The notes beneath the pieces are model-generated. The model searched no databases, was not told the DNA's origin, and saw only the letters and a list, made by a program, of their open reading frames with translations. The position numbers and the translations under genes are program-made. 64,000 bases of DNA from Acidobacteria bacterium RIFCSPLOWO2_02_FULL_65_29 (lineage in GTDB: Bacteria > Acidobacteriota > Vicinamibacteria > Vicinamibacterales > CAVVIG01): contig MEKT01000101.1 in NCBI GenBank assembly GCA_001767435.1, positions 13,054 to 77,053 on the forward strand, given 5' to 3'. This document shows, piece after piece, positions 8,600 through 18,500 of the stretch. The number at the start of each line of letters is the position of its first letter. The stretch's first letter is position 1.

Positions 8600-8692
8600 G
8601 TGCCCGCGTTTGCACTCGATTCGAGCTGCATGGTGGCCGCCGTGTGCTCCTGGCACGAGCACCACGGCGCCGCCGCGTCCACCCTGCCCTAG
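8600..8692 (+). pseudogene. truncated PIN (VapC-like) toxin remnant, 30 codons
   Basis: A GTG 2 nt after the antitoxin stop gives VPAFALDSSCMVAAVCSWHEHHGAAASTLP*. This resembles the first strand-helix of PIN toxins (xxLDSS..V). The rest of the domain is absent, and the stop shares a CTAG with the stop of the convergent TonB-receptor gene. Confidence 0.45.
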
Positions 8693-11600
8693 AAGCGGTA
8701 GCGGAACGTGAGCTGCCAGATCCGCATGAAGCTCGCCTGCGCCGTGATGCGGCTGAAGCTCGTCAGATCGGTCGCGTCCGTGTTCGCGCTGCCCGCGGCG
8801 AACTTCGCCGTGTTCGTGAGGTTGAGGATCTCGAAGCGGATCTCTCCCGCCTGGCTGCCCACGAAGCGGACATTTTTCGCCAGCACGACATCGAGGGTGT
8901 TGCGGAACTGCCACCGCGCGTCACCGTTGGTGCGCGGCGAGTTGCCGTACTGGCCCGCGCCGGGATTGGCGAACGCCGCGCGATTGAACCAAACCGCGCC
9001 CGGATGGTCCGCCGACGCCACGCGGTCGGCGTCGCCGCCGTCGATGTTCGGGTCGCCAGTGAGGTTCGGCCGCTGCCGGCCCCCGAGGAGCCCGAGGTTC
9101 GCGTCCGACACGCCACCGCTGATCGTCGCCTGCAACGGCGCGCCGCTCACCAGCTCGGCGATCGCCGTGAACGTCCAGTCGCCGAGCAGCATTTTGGCGG
9201 CACCGCTCGCCGGCCCCGGAATCCGGACGATCGGCGCCAGGACGATGCGATGCGGCGAGTCGAAGTTGCTCACGCCGTACTCGGCGTCCAGATCGTAGTT
9301 GTTCTGCGGCGTGGCCAAGCTCCTACTGTAAAAGCTGGTCTCGCCGAACTGGTTGTCCTTGGTGCTGCTCCAGGTGTAGTTGAAGCGACCGCCCCACCAG
9401 CTCGAGCCGGTCCGCTTGTCCAGCTTGATCGTCATCGCATGGTATTGCCGGCGCCCACCCTCGGTCACTTCGAACACGTTGATGTTTCCGAACTGCGGGA
9501 AGGGCCGAAGGAGCTGTCCACGGGCGATGGTCGCGCGTGTCCCGAACTCGCCAGCCCCGGCGACGCCGAAGAACGGGTTGGGGATCGACTGGCGGAGGGC
9601 TGCCGCGTCCCATGTCCCACCAGGCCCTGGGAACGCGGCGCGCGCCACGGCCGGGTCGATCTGGTTGATGTTGATCGCAGTGGAGTTGGTGCCGCCGAAC
9701 CCGAGGTCCCGCCCAGTGGCGCCCGTATAGCCGACGGTCACGGCCATGTTGCCGCCCAGCTCCCGCTGCACGTCGACCGAGTACTGGTGGACCTTGGACG
9801 CCCCTCGGTTCTGGTCGATGATGTTGAGGTCGCCACCGATGCCGGTCAACAGGCCGAGCGAGCTGCCGATCGGCGGGATCAAGCCGGCGGGGAACGGGTT
9901 GTCCAGGGTCGTGAGGGGCACCTCGGTCGTATCGGACGACTGGTTCAGGCTGGTCGTCCGCGTGAAGCCGATCTGGCCGTGCTCGGTCGCCGAGTACTGC
10001 CACGGCGCGGAGAAGAGCCCGTAGCCGCTGCGGACGACAGTCTTGTCGTTGAGCGTCCACGCGATTCCGGCGCGCGGTGATACCGTGACGGCCGGCAGAT
10101 TACCTTGCTCGGTCGGCGCGCCGTCAACGCCAGCGTAGAGTACGCCTCCCGTGATCGTCCGGCCCTCGAGCAGCGTCCCGGCCTTGTTGACCCGATCGTC
10201 GATCGGGTTCACAGCAGTCCGATCGAAGGCGACGGTCTGCCGGTTCTCCACCTCGCGGAGGCCGTCCTCGTGATCGAAGCGCACGCCAAAGTTCAACGTG
10301 AAGTTCGAGTTGACGCGCCAGTCGTCCTGAACGTAGGCGCCCCAGTAGCGCGCATACCACTCGAGCTCTCCGCGGTCGAAATCCACCCGTCCCGCCCTCG
10401 GCAGCCCGAGGAGGGCGCTCGCCAGCTCATGGCCGCTGTTCGCCACGCCGGTCCGGCCGGTGAAGGCGCGCGTGAAGGTGAAGTCCCCGGCGTTTTCACC
10501 AAAGGTCGTCGTCTTGATCCCCAGCCTGCGGAAGTCGGCGCCGGTTTTGAGCGTGTGGCTGCCCCACAGCTTCGACAGCGCACCGTTGATCGAATAGGGC
10601 CCCGTCCACCGCCGCCGGGACCCGGGCGATAGGCCGACGTCCCTGACCTGGTCGAAGTTGACATCCGGAAACAGATCGCGACCGTCCGGATGGATGGCGT
10701 TCACGAAGCTCGAGCTGAACCCGAGCGACGCGAGCCCGGGCTTGAAGGGCACTTTGTCGTTCTGATCCTGCCACGTCGTCCAGCCGTAGCGCAGCGTCAG
10801 GATGGTCGTGTCGTTCAGGATGTTCGTGTTATTGAGCACGAGGATGTGCGGCCGGCGCTGCAGGAGGTCGTAGGATCCGTCCATGAAGTCGTGCGACGGC
10901 GGCATCGATTCGGTGGCTGGCTCGGTCGTGGTGTTGTAGATGTAGAGGCCGCTCAGCGACCACGTGTCGGTGAACTTGTGCTCGGCCTTGAAGCTCAACA
11001 TGTCGGCTTTGTCGCGGATGCTGCCCGTCGTGCTCACGTTGTTCAGGTTGTCCTCGTTGGGGCCGATGGGATTGCCGCGGGTATCCTGGGTGGGAAACGC
11101 GTTGATCACGTTGAAGCCGACCTGACTGGCCGCCGGGTGGGTGCTCGGGATGATCGCTCCCGTGAACTCGCCGCCCGTCGCGATCGACCCCGTCCCGGTG
11201 GCAGGACACCGGGCGCTCGCGACGCCGCCCCGGCACCACGGGTTGAAGATCCGGACCGGCTGGCCGCCGATCGTCGTGGTGGAGAAATCACCGTTCCGCT
11301 GCTTCAGGCTCGGCCAGATTTCCTGGCGGTTCCGCGTCGTCGTGGAGCGATAGCCCTCGGTGGCCATCCAGAAGAACGTCCGGTTCCGCCAGATCGGGCC
11401 GCCGACCCCACCCCCATACGTGTGGAACTTGGCGTTGGCCAACCCCGTCTGCTCCTTGCTCAGACCGGCAACGGCGTTGAAATAGTTTTCCGACTGGCCC
11501 CACACCGGGCGGCCCTGGTAGAAGCCGGTGCCGTGGTATTGGTTGGTCCCCGACTTCGCCGTCGTGTTGAACACGCCGCCGCCCGTCCGCCCCATGTCCG

Positions 11601-12285
11601 CGTCGTAGGTGTGCACCTGCACCTTGACTTCGTCGATTCCTTCGATGGACGGGTTGAGCACCGCGCGGCCGGTCAGCTCGGTGATCGACACGCCGTCGAC
11701 CAGGTAGTTGTTGGCCCGGACGCCGCCGCCGCCGAGCGAGATGCGCGACGCGTTGGTCTGGTCCTGCTGCCGGTTGAACTGCGGGTCTCCCACCGGCATG
11801 ACCGTCGGGACCGTGATCGCGATGAGGAAGGCCGCGCGGCCGGGGGCCGGCAAGCTGTCGAGGATCTCACGGCCGAGCGAGTCGCCGACCGAGGCGTTCG
11901 AGGTCTCGATCAACGGCGACTGCCCGGTCACCGTGATCGACTCCTCGATCTGCCCGACTTCGAGGAGGATATCGAGCGTGATGAACGTCTGGGTCCCGAC
12001 CCGGATGCCTTTGTTCTCGTAGGTCTTGAATCCCTGGAGCACCGCCTTCACAGAATAGGTGCCCGGCGTCACGGCCGAGAAGTTGTACTGCCCTGCCTCG
12101 TTGGTCGCCGTCTCACGCGAGATGGCCGTGCCTTCGTTCGTGAGGGTCACGGTCACTCCTGGGATGACAGCGTTGGCGTCGCGCACCGCGCCTCGCAGAC
12201 CCCCGGTGAACTGCTGTGCGGCCGCGGCGGTCGCGCCTGCCATGATCAGAAGTCCGCAAAACCCAAGCGTTTGCAGCCGATGCAT
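8689..12285 (-). CDS. TonB-dependent receptor with N-terminal carboxypeptidase-regulatory-like domain
   Basis: The track ORF (1602 aa) is trimmed to the ATG at 12285, which has GAGGAGG 5 nt upstream. MHRLQTLGFCGLLIMAGATAAAAQ (signal), GVTVTLTNEGTAISRETATNEAGQYNFSAVTPGTYSV (CarboxypepD_reg), plug and barrel regions, and a C-terminal FRYRF. Confidence 0.9.
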   Translation of the reverse strand: MHRLQTLGFCGLLIMAGATAAAAQQFTGGLRGAVRDANAVIPGVTVTLTNEGTAISRETATNEAGQYNFSAVTPGTYSVKAVLQGFKTYENKGIRVGTQTFITLDILLEVGQIEESITVTGQSPLIETSNASVGDSLGREILDSLPAPGRAAFLIAITVPTVMPVGDPQFNRQQDQTNASRISLGGGGVRANNYLVDGVSITELTGRAVLNPSIEGIDEVKVQVHTYDADMGRTGGGVFNTTAKSGTNQYHGTGFYQGRPVWGQSENYFNAVAGLSKEQTGLANAKFHTYGGGVGGPIWRNRTFFWMATEGYRSTTTRNRQEIWPSLKQRNGDFSTTTIGGQPVRIFNPWCRGGVASARCPATGTGSIATGGEFTGAIIPSTHPAASQVGFNVINAFPTQDTRGNPIGPNEDNLNNVSTTGSIRDKADMLSFKAEHKFTDTWSLSGLYIYNTTTEPATESMPPSHDFMDGSYDLLQRRPHILVLNNTNILNDTTILTLRYGWTTWQDQNDKVPFKPGLASLGFSSSFVNAIHPDGRDLFPDVNFDQVRDVGLSPGSRRRWTGPYSINGALSKLWGSHTLKTGADFRRLGIKTTTFGENAGDFTFTRAFTGRTGVANSGHELASALLGLPRAGRVDFDRGELEWYARYWGAYVQDDWRVNSNFTLNFGVRFDHEDGLREVENRQTVAFDRTAVNPIDDRVNKAGTLLEGRTITGGVLYAGVDGAPTEQGNLPAVTVSPRAGIAWTLNDKTVVRSGYGLFSAPWQYSATEHGQIGFTRTTSLNQSSDTTEVPLTTLDNPFPAGLIPPIGSSLGLLTGIGGDLNIIDQNRGASKVHQYSVDVQRELGGNMAVTVGYTGATGRDLGFGGTNSTAININQIDPAVARAAFPGPGGTWDAAALRQSIPNPFFGVAGAGEFGTRATIARGQLLRPFPQFGNINVFEVTEGGRRQYHAMTIKLDKRTGSSWWGGRFNYTWSSTKDNQFGETSFYSRSLATPQNNYDLDAEYGVSNFDSPHRIVLAPIVRIPGPASGAAKMLLGDWTFTAIAELVSGAPLQATISGGVSDANLGLLGGRQRPNLTGDPNIDGGDADRVASADHPGAVWFNRAAFANPGAGQYGNSPRTNGDARWQFRNTLDVVLAKNVRFVGSQAGEIRFEILNLTNTAKFAAGSANTDATDLTSFSRITAQASFMRIWQLTFRYRF

Positions 12286-12528
12286 TGGTTCCTCCTCAGA
12301 AGTGGCGGAGCGCCAGCGCGCTCGAGCGATGTACCGTCGCCAAAACGAAAACGCCTCACGGTCGACTCGAACAACCCCATATAATGCCACTCGTCGGCCT
12401 TTCAAGCGGAAAAACATGCACGGCGGCCGAAGAAATGTGAACGGCGCAACAACTTCGTGGATCGCGGTCCGCCGGCCCGGTCGACGCTGGGGCACCGTAT
12501 GATGGCCCGCTCGCAGCCGTGTGCCGCC

Positions 12529-13701
12529 ATGACCCGCCCAGACACCGTAGACCGGCGGATGTTCCTCGCGTCGAGCGGGATAGCGGCCGCCGGCTTCGTC
12601 CTCGGCGGGTGCGCCGCGCGAGGGCGGCCTGCCGGGATTCCGCCACGCGCGCCCGTCCGGCTGGCGCCCGTCCACGCGTCCTGGGAGCGGATCATCCGCA
12701 CCACCGTGGGCCTCCGGCCCCATCGCGACGGCGGCTTCGTCCTGGCAGCCGCCAGGCTGAACGACAAGCTCATCATCCACAACTACGGCCACGGCGGCGC
12801 CGGCATGTCGATCTCGTGGGGCACGGGCGCGGCGGCCGCGGACCTGGCGCTCGCTCAACCGGTCCGCCGTGCGGCTGTGATCGGGTGCGGCGTGGTGGGC
12901 CTGACCGCCGCGCGCCAACTGCAGCGCCGGGGGTTCGACGTCACGATCTACGCGATGGCGGTGCCGCCCGACGTCACGTCCAGCATGTCGCTCGCCGGCT
13001 TCACGCCCACCTCGGGCCTCATCGAAGTCGATCGCCGCACGCCCGAGTGGGACGCGCAGTTCTCGCGCGCGGCGGCGATCGCGTACCGCCAGCTCCAGCT
13101 GCTCGTCGGCGCCGGCTACGGCGTGTCCTGGCTCCATCAGTACGCGCCAATGCAGGAGATTCGCCCGCCGCAGACCAGCTCGGATAGGCCCAACCTCGAA
13201 GCGGGCCTTCAGACCGAACGCGAGGTCCTCCAGCCCGGTGAACATCCCTTTCCCACGAAGTTCGCGATCCGGCGGACGACGCTGCGCATCGAGCCGTCGA
13301 TCTATCTGGAAGCCTTGATGCGAGACGTCAAGCTGTTTGGCGGCGCCATCGTCATCAGGAAATTCGACACGCCACGCGATCTCGCGGCCATTGCCGAGCC
13401 GGTCGTCGTGAACTGCACCGGCCTCGGCTCGCGCGAGCTCTTCGGCGACACCGAGCTCGTGCCGCTCAAGGGACAGCTCACGGTGCTCGTGCCCCAAGCC
13501 GACGTCGATTATCAGACATCCGGCGGCGTGAACCTGCCGTCAACGCCAGGCATCGGCATTCACATGATGCCGCGTGGCGACGGCATCGTTCTCGGCGGCA
13601 CGTCACAGCGCGATGTGTGGACGATGGAACCCGATGACGCCGAGCGGAAACGGGTCGTCGGGGGACACATCGAGCTGTTTTCGCGGATGAGAGCGCGATA
13701 G
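12529..13701 (+). CDS. Tat-signal FAD-dependent oxidase related to D-amino-acid oxidase, apparently circularly permuted
   Basis: MTRPDTVDRRMFLASSGIAAAGFVLGGCA (twin-arginine signal plus lipobox). IIHNYGHGGAGMSISWG lies before the Rossmann motif AVIGCGVVGLTAARQL, followed by VVNCTGLGS, PLKGQL and IVLGGT. The start is uncertain (12499, 12502 or 12529). Confidence 0.8.
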   Translation: MTRPDTVDRRMFLASSGIAAAGFVLGGCAARGRPAGIPPRAPVRLAPVHASWERIIRTTVGLRPHRDGGFVLAAARLNDKLIIHNYGHGGAGMSISWGTGAAAADLALAQPVRRAAVIGCGVVGLTAARQLQRRGFDVTIYAMAVPPDVTSSMSLAGFTPTSGLIEVDRRTPEWDAQFSRAAAIAYRQLQLLVGAGYGVSWLHQYAPMQEIRPPQTSSDRPNLEAGLQTEREVLQPGEHPFPTKFAIRRTTLRIEPSIYLEALMRDVKLFGGAIVIRKFDTPRDLAAIAEPVVVNCTGLGSRELFGDTELVPLKGQLTVLVPQADVDYQTSGGVNLPSTPGIGIHMMPRGDGIVLGGTSQRDVWTMEPDDAERKRVVGGHIELFSRMRAR

Positions 13702-13753
13702 AGAACAGGTGCTAGGGTTCTAGGGCGCAAAGGGGCTAGCGTGCTGGGGCAAT

Positions 13754-15442
13754 ATGAGACATTCCAAGCAAGCGGGCAACGTCGCGTCGATGACGAGGCG
13801 CCATTTCCTCGAGCGGTTCGGCGCCGTCGGGGGTTCCACGCTCGTCATGGGCGCCATGACATCGTGGGACTTGATGGGAGCTCAAGCGGGCCCTCGCCCG
13901 GTCTTGACGGGCAGACCCAACGGCACAAAGGTCATCGTCCTTGGCGCGGGCCTCTCGGGTCTGGTTGTCGGCTACGAGCTGGGCAAGCTTGGCTACGACT
14001 ACCGCATCCTCGAGGCCCGCGACCGGGTCGGCGGCGTCGCCTGGACCGTGCGTAAAGGGGCGGAGCACACCGAGATCGGCGGCGAACGTCAGGTGTGCAC
14101 CTTCGACGACGGGATGTACGTGAACGCGGGGCCATGGCGGATTCCGCACTTTCATACGGGCGTGCTGGGGTACTGCGAGGAGCTGAACGTACCGCTTCAG
14201 ATCTTCATCAACGAGGCCGAAGCGTCGTACTTCTATTACGAAAACAAGAATGTCGGACCGCTGGCGGGCAAGCGCGTGCGCCTGCGGGAAGTGAAGGCCG
14301 ACATGATCGGGTACACGGGCGAGCTGCTGGCCAAGGCGGTCGATCAAGGCCAGCTCGATCTGCCACTGACCGCCGAGGACAAGGAGCGGCTGCTCAACTT
14401 CCTGGCCGTCGAGGGATACCTCGACGACGGCGATCATTATGCGTACAAGAGAAACGAGATCCGTGGGCCGGGAGACCCGTACGATTTCAAAGCGCTTCTC
14501 CAATCCGGGTACGGCCTTCGCGTCCGATCGGTCATGGGCGGCACGGGGCAGGCGCCGATGTTCCAGCCGATCGGCGGCATGGACCAGCTGCCGAAGGGAT
14601 TCCAGAAACCGATCGGCAACAGGCTCACGCTCGGAGCCGAGGTCGAGTCGATTCATCAGACAGCCGACGGCGTGCGCGTGGTCTACAAGGAAACGAAGAA
14701 CGGACAGAAAAAGGAAATCACGGCGGACTACTGCGTCTCGTGCATGCCGCTGTCGGTTCTGCGCACGCTCGACGTCAACTTGTCTCCTGAAATGGCCGCG
14801 GCCGTGAAAAGCACCAGCTACAGCACCAGCGCCAAGATGGGTCTGCAGATGAAGCGCCGGTTCTGGGAAGAGGACGATCGGATTTTCGGCGGCCATTTGT
14901 ATTCAGACCTGCCGTTCGGAGAGTTCTCGTATCCCTCGAACGACTTTTTCGCGAAGAAGGGCGTGCTGCTCGGCTTCTACGGCGGGGGGCGTCAGTCCAA
15001 TCTCCACGAGGCGCCGATCAAGAGCCGGATCGAGCACGTGCTGACGCACGCCAGCAAGGTCCACCCGCAAATGCGACAGGAATTCGAGAGCGCGTACTGC
15101 GTCTGGTGGGAAAAGGTCAAATACAGCCTGGGCGCGTATGCCGGCGGCGTCGGGTTCGGCGGCGGTCCAGCCCAAGGCAACGCACAGGGCGACGCGGTCG
15201 CCCGAGGCGCAGGTGGTCGAGGCGGGGCGGGTGGCCGAGGCGGCGCGGGCCGGGGCGGCCCCGGACAGCGGGGCGGCGCGCAAGGCGGAGGGAACACCCG
15301 TATCGCGCAGCTCAACAAACCCGACGGCCGCATCTATCTCGGGTGTGCCGCGCTCAGTTCGTCACCCGCCTGGTTGGAGGGCGCCGTCGCCGCCGGGTGG
15401 AGCACGGTCAAGTCCCTGCACGAACGGGTGATGAGAGCGTAG
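13754..15442 (+). CDS. Tat-signal flavin-containing amine oxidase / L-amino-acid oxidase family protein
   Basis: TRRHFLERFGAVGG (Tat motif), KVIVLGAGLSGLVVGYELGKLGYDYRILEARDRVGG (FAD Rossmann fold), and a C-terminal RGG-rich insertion. An alternative start lies at 13790. Confidence 0.85.
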   Translation: MRHSKQAGNVASMTRRHFLERFGAVGGSTLVMGAMTSWDLMGAQAGPRPVLTGRPNGTKVIVLGAGLSGLVVGYELGKLGYDYRILEARDRVGGVAWTVRKGAEHTEIGGERQVCTFDDGMYVNAGPWRIPHFHTGVLGYCEELNVPLQIFINEAEASYFYYENKNVGPLAGKRVRLREVKADMIGYTGELLAKAVDQGQLDLPLTAEDKERLLNFLAVEGYLDDGDHYAYKRNEIRGPGDPYDFKALLQSGYGLRVRSVMGGTGQAPMFQPIGGMDQLPKGFQKPIGNRLTLGAEVESIHQTADGVRVVYKETKNGQKKEITADYCVSCMPLSVLRTLDVNLSPEMAAAVKSTSYSTSAKMGLQMKRRFWEEDDRIFGGHLYSDLPFGEFSYPSNDFFAKKGVLLGFYGGGRQSNLHEAPIKSRIEHVLTHASKVHPQMRQEFESAYCVWWEKVKYSLGAYAGGVGFGGGPAQGNAQGDAVARGAGGRGGAGGRGGAGRGGPGQRGGAQGGGNTRIAQLNKPDGRIYLGCAALSSSPAWLEGAVAAGWSTVKSLHERVMRA

Positions 15443-15481
15443 GAAGTTAGAAGTTAGAAGTTAGAAGTTAGAAGTTAGAAG
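15443..15481. repeat. heptamer array, GAAGTTA x5.5
   Basis: Starts immediately after the amine-oxidase stop codon. Confidence 0.9.
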
Positions 15482-15493
15482 GACTGCGAGGGA

Positions 15494-15521
15494 GTGACGA
15501 GCCAGTAATTCAGCTCGTCAC
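15494..15521. terminator. perfect 9-bp hairpin between convergent genes (candidate bidirectional terminator)
   Basis: GTGACGAGC-(10 nt)-GCTCGTCAC. No clear U-tract. Confidence 0.45.
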
Positions 15522-15534
15522 CCCACCTTCTGTA

Positions 15535-15596
15535 GCCGAGTCCCGAGTCCCGAGTCCCGAGTCCCTAGTCCCCAGTCCCTAGTCTCTAGTCCCTAG
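15535..15596. repeat. heptamer array (TCCCGAG / TCCCTAG / TCCCCAG, about 8 units)
   Basis: Read directly. The last unit contains the stop codon of the minus-strand receptor gene. Confidence 0.9.
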
Positions 15597-18500
15597 TAAG
15601 TCACCCGAAGCGTGATCTGCACGGACCGCATGTTGTTCGCCTGATTCCTGAGCTGGCCGAAACCCGAGTTCCCGAGCGCGGAGCTCGCGGGCGCGGCCCA
15701 CTGGACGATATTCAACGGATTCAGTAACTCGAAGCGGATCGACGCCGACGCTCGGCCCGGCAGTCCGACCTGTTTCGACGCCGACATACTGAACGCGTTG
15801 CGGAACGGCGACAGCACGCCGGGCAGCGTGCGCGGGGCGTTGCCGAAGCGGTTTCTCGCCACCGCCTGGAAGGCGGCGAGGTTGTAGTACCGGTTGTCCG
15901 TCGTGTTCTCCGTGATGCGCTCCGTGATATCGCCCGGAGTGAGGATGTCCTGACCGTCGACGAGGTTGGGCCGCACCGAACCGCCCATCAGGAATTGTCC
16001 ACCGGTGATGTTCTGGCTGACGCCCATCGGGAAGCCGCTCTGGAACTGCATCACGGCCGTGAGCGACCAGCCACCGAAGACCGCGTTGCCGACCCCGCCC
16101 TCGGACAGGAACCGCTTGCCGTCACCGAACGGGAGGAGGAGGGTCGGCGAAATCGTGACCTTGTGCGGCGAGTCGAGCAGGCTTCGACCGTACTCCGAGT
16201 CCGGATCGTAGTACTCGGACCAGGGCACCAGCACGTAACTGTTCTGGACGCCCGGGGCGCTCGAATAGTAGTTGCCCTGGCCGACCTGATTGTCCATCAG
16301 CCGACTGTAGGTGTAGCTGAAGTTCACGCCCCACAGGTTGTCTGTTCGCTTCCGCCCCTGAAAGATCAGGGCGTGATACTGCGAGCGGGCGCCGGTGGCA
16401 TCCGCCCACATCACATTGCCGAACTGCGGGAAGGGCCGCAGGAGCTGGCCGCGCTCGATGGTGGCTCGACTCGCGAACTGGCCGGCCTGGGGGATGCCGA
16501 AGAACGGGTTCGGGACCTGCGCCCGCGTGTAGCCGTCCGGCTGGCTCTGATATTTCGGATCGAGCTGGTTGATGTTGATGTCGGCCTGCCAGTCCTGGTC
16601 CGTCCCAGTCAATCCGGTATATCCAATTCCTAGCATCAGGCCGCCACCAAACTCACGCTGGAGATCGACCGAGTATTGCTGCACCTTCGGCGTCCCCTTG
16701 TTGGGAAGCCGGATGTTCGTGTCCGCGCCGACGTTGGTGAGCAATCCCAGCGAATCGCCGGTCGGCTGGACGAACCGTCCGGGGAAGGGATCGCTCAGTG
16801 ACGTGATGGGGACCGGGTTGGTCCCGGACGACTGTTGAAGCTGGGTCGTCGCCGAGTAGCCGTACTGCGACCAGCCCGTCGTGCCGCCCGCCCCATAATT
16901 CCAAGGCGCGACGTACAGGCCCCAGCCGCCGCGCAGCACGGTCTTCTCATTGAAACTGAACACCCCGCCGACGCGCGGCGACACTTGGACGTCGCGCGGC
17001 CCGCCCTGCTGTTCGGGCGCGCCGTTCTGGCCCGCGTACACGAGACCGCCGTTGATCTGCCGCCGCTGCCCGGTGATTGGATCGATGACGTTGACCAGGC
17101 TGTTCAGCGGACTGGCCGTGTCCAACGCAAAGTCGGTCGTGATGCGGTTTTCCCGCTCGCGCAGGTTGGTCTCGTGCTCGAGCCGCACGCCGTAGTTGAG
17201 CGTCAGCCGGCTGTTCACGCGCCAGTCGTCCTGCATGAACCCGGCGCTGTAGTTGATGTACCCGTCGAGGTCCGCGGAAATCGGGATGCTGCCGCTCGAC
17301 GGATAGCCGAGCAGCAGATCCGCCAGGGCGTTGCCCGTGAAGCGGCCGTCAAACGCGTACGTGCCCGTCGACGTGCCAAAGCTGGACGACCTGACGCCCA
17401 GGATGCGGTAGTCGCCGCCGTACTTCATGCTGTGGGTGCCAATCAGCTTGCTCAGCGCGGCGTTGAACCCGTACTGATAGTAGACGTTGTCCGACCGGGC
17501 GCTCCATCCCGTGCCCCGGTAACTGCCGCTTCCGGTGTATGACGTCGTGGGGAAACGATTCGAGTCCTTGAACTGGCTCGTGAAGCCAGGATTGCTCGGC
17601 CACAACGTGGCTGCATCGAACGGCACCGGCAGCTTGTTGCCGTCGGGGAATTCGTTCCAGCCACCTCGCAGCGCGAGAACGGTGGAAGAATTCATGACCC
17701 AGGTGTTGTTGACGACGATGGTGTGGTCGGCGCGCTCCAGCAGGAATTGGCTGCCGACGAACTTGTTCACCGGATTGTAGTTCGCGCTGTTCTCGGCAGT
17801 CACCTGCCGGAGATAGAACACGCTCATGGACGCCGCGTTGTTGAAGTTGTGATTGACCTTCGTCGTGAACTGGTACGCGTTGCTCGGCAGGAGGTCGGTT
17901 CGGCTGAAGTTCTGCGTGCCATCGTCGACGTCGCGGTCGGGCTCCGGCATGTAGCTCGCGATCGCGCTACCGGTGAAATTGATCCGGTTGGCCGGAATCA
18001 CGTTGCCTGGGAAACACCCCGCGCCCCCCGTCGTTGCGTTGCATGGGAGGCCGGACAGGGGATCCCTGATGTAGTACGGCCGGCCGCTGCGGGTGAGCGC
18101 CGAGAAATCGCCGCGCCGCGTGGCCATCGACGGTACCGTGAAGGCGCTCGCCTGCGGCTGATGGTTGATGTACTTCTCGCCGGCGAACCAGAAGAACGTC
18201 TTGTTCCGCAGAATCGGGCCGCCGATGCCGCCGCCGCCGTTTCGCCAGTACTCGGGCCTGAAGGTTTCGTTATTGAGCCGCGGAATCAGCAACTGATCCT
18301 GCAGGGTCTGAGGACGAAACACCGTGTAACCCGAACCTTCGAATCTATTGGCGCCCGCCTTCGCGGCCATGTTCATCACGCCGCCACCGGTGCGGCCCAT
18401 TTCGGCGTCGTAGGTGTGGATCTGGACCCTGGCGTCTTCGAGCGCCTCCATGCTCGGGTTGACCGACGACCGGTTCTGCATGTCGGTCGTCGGAAACCCG

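Noticed and set aside
12286-13497. N-terminal 404-aa extension of the 1602-aa ORF 8689-13497
   Set aside because: The extension is antisense to the DAAO-like gene and has no receptor features. The real start at 12285 has a strong GAGGAGG RBS and a signal peptide.
15443-15596. Tandem repeat arrays as CRISPR arrays
   Set aside because: The units are only 7-11 nt and directly adjacent, with no unique spacers. No cas genes are in the window.
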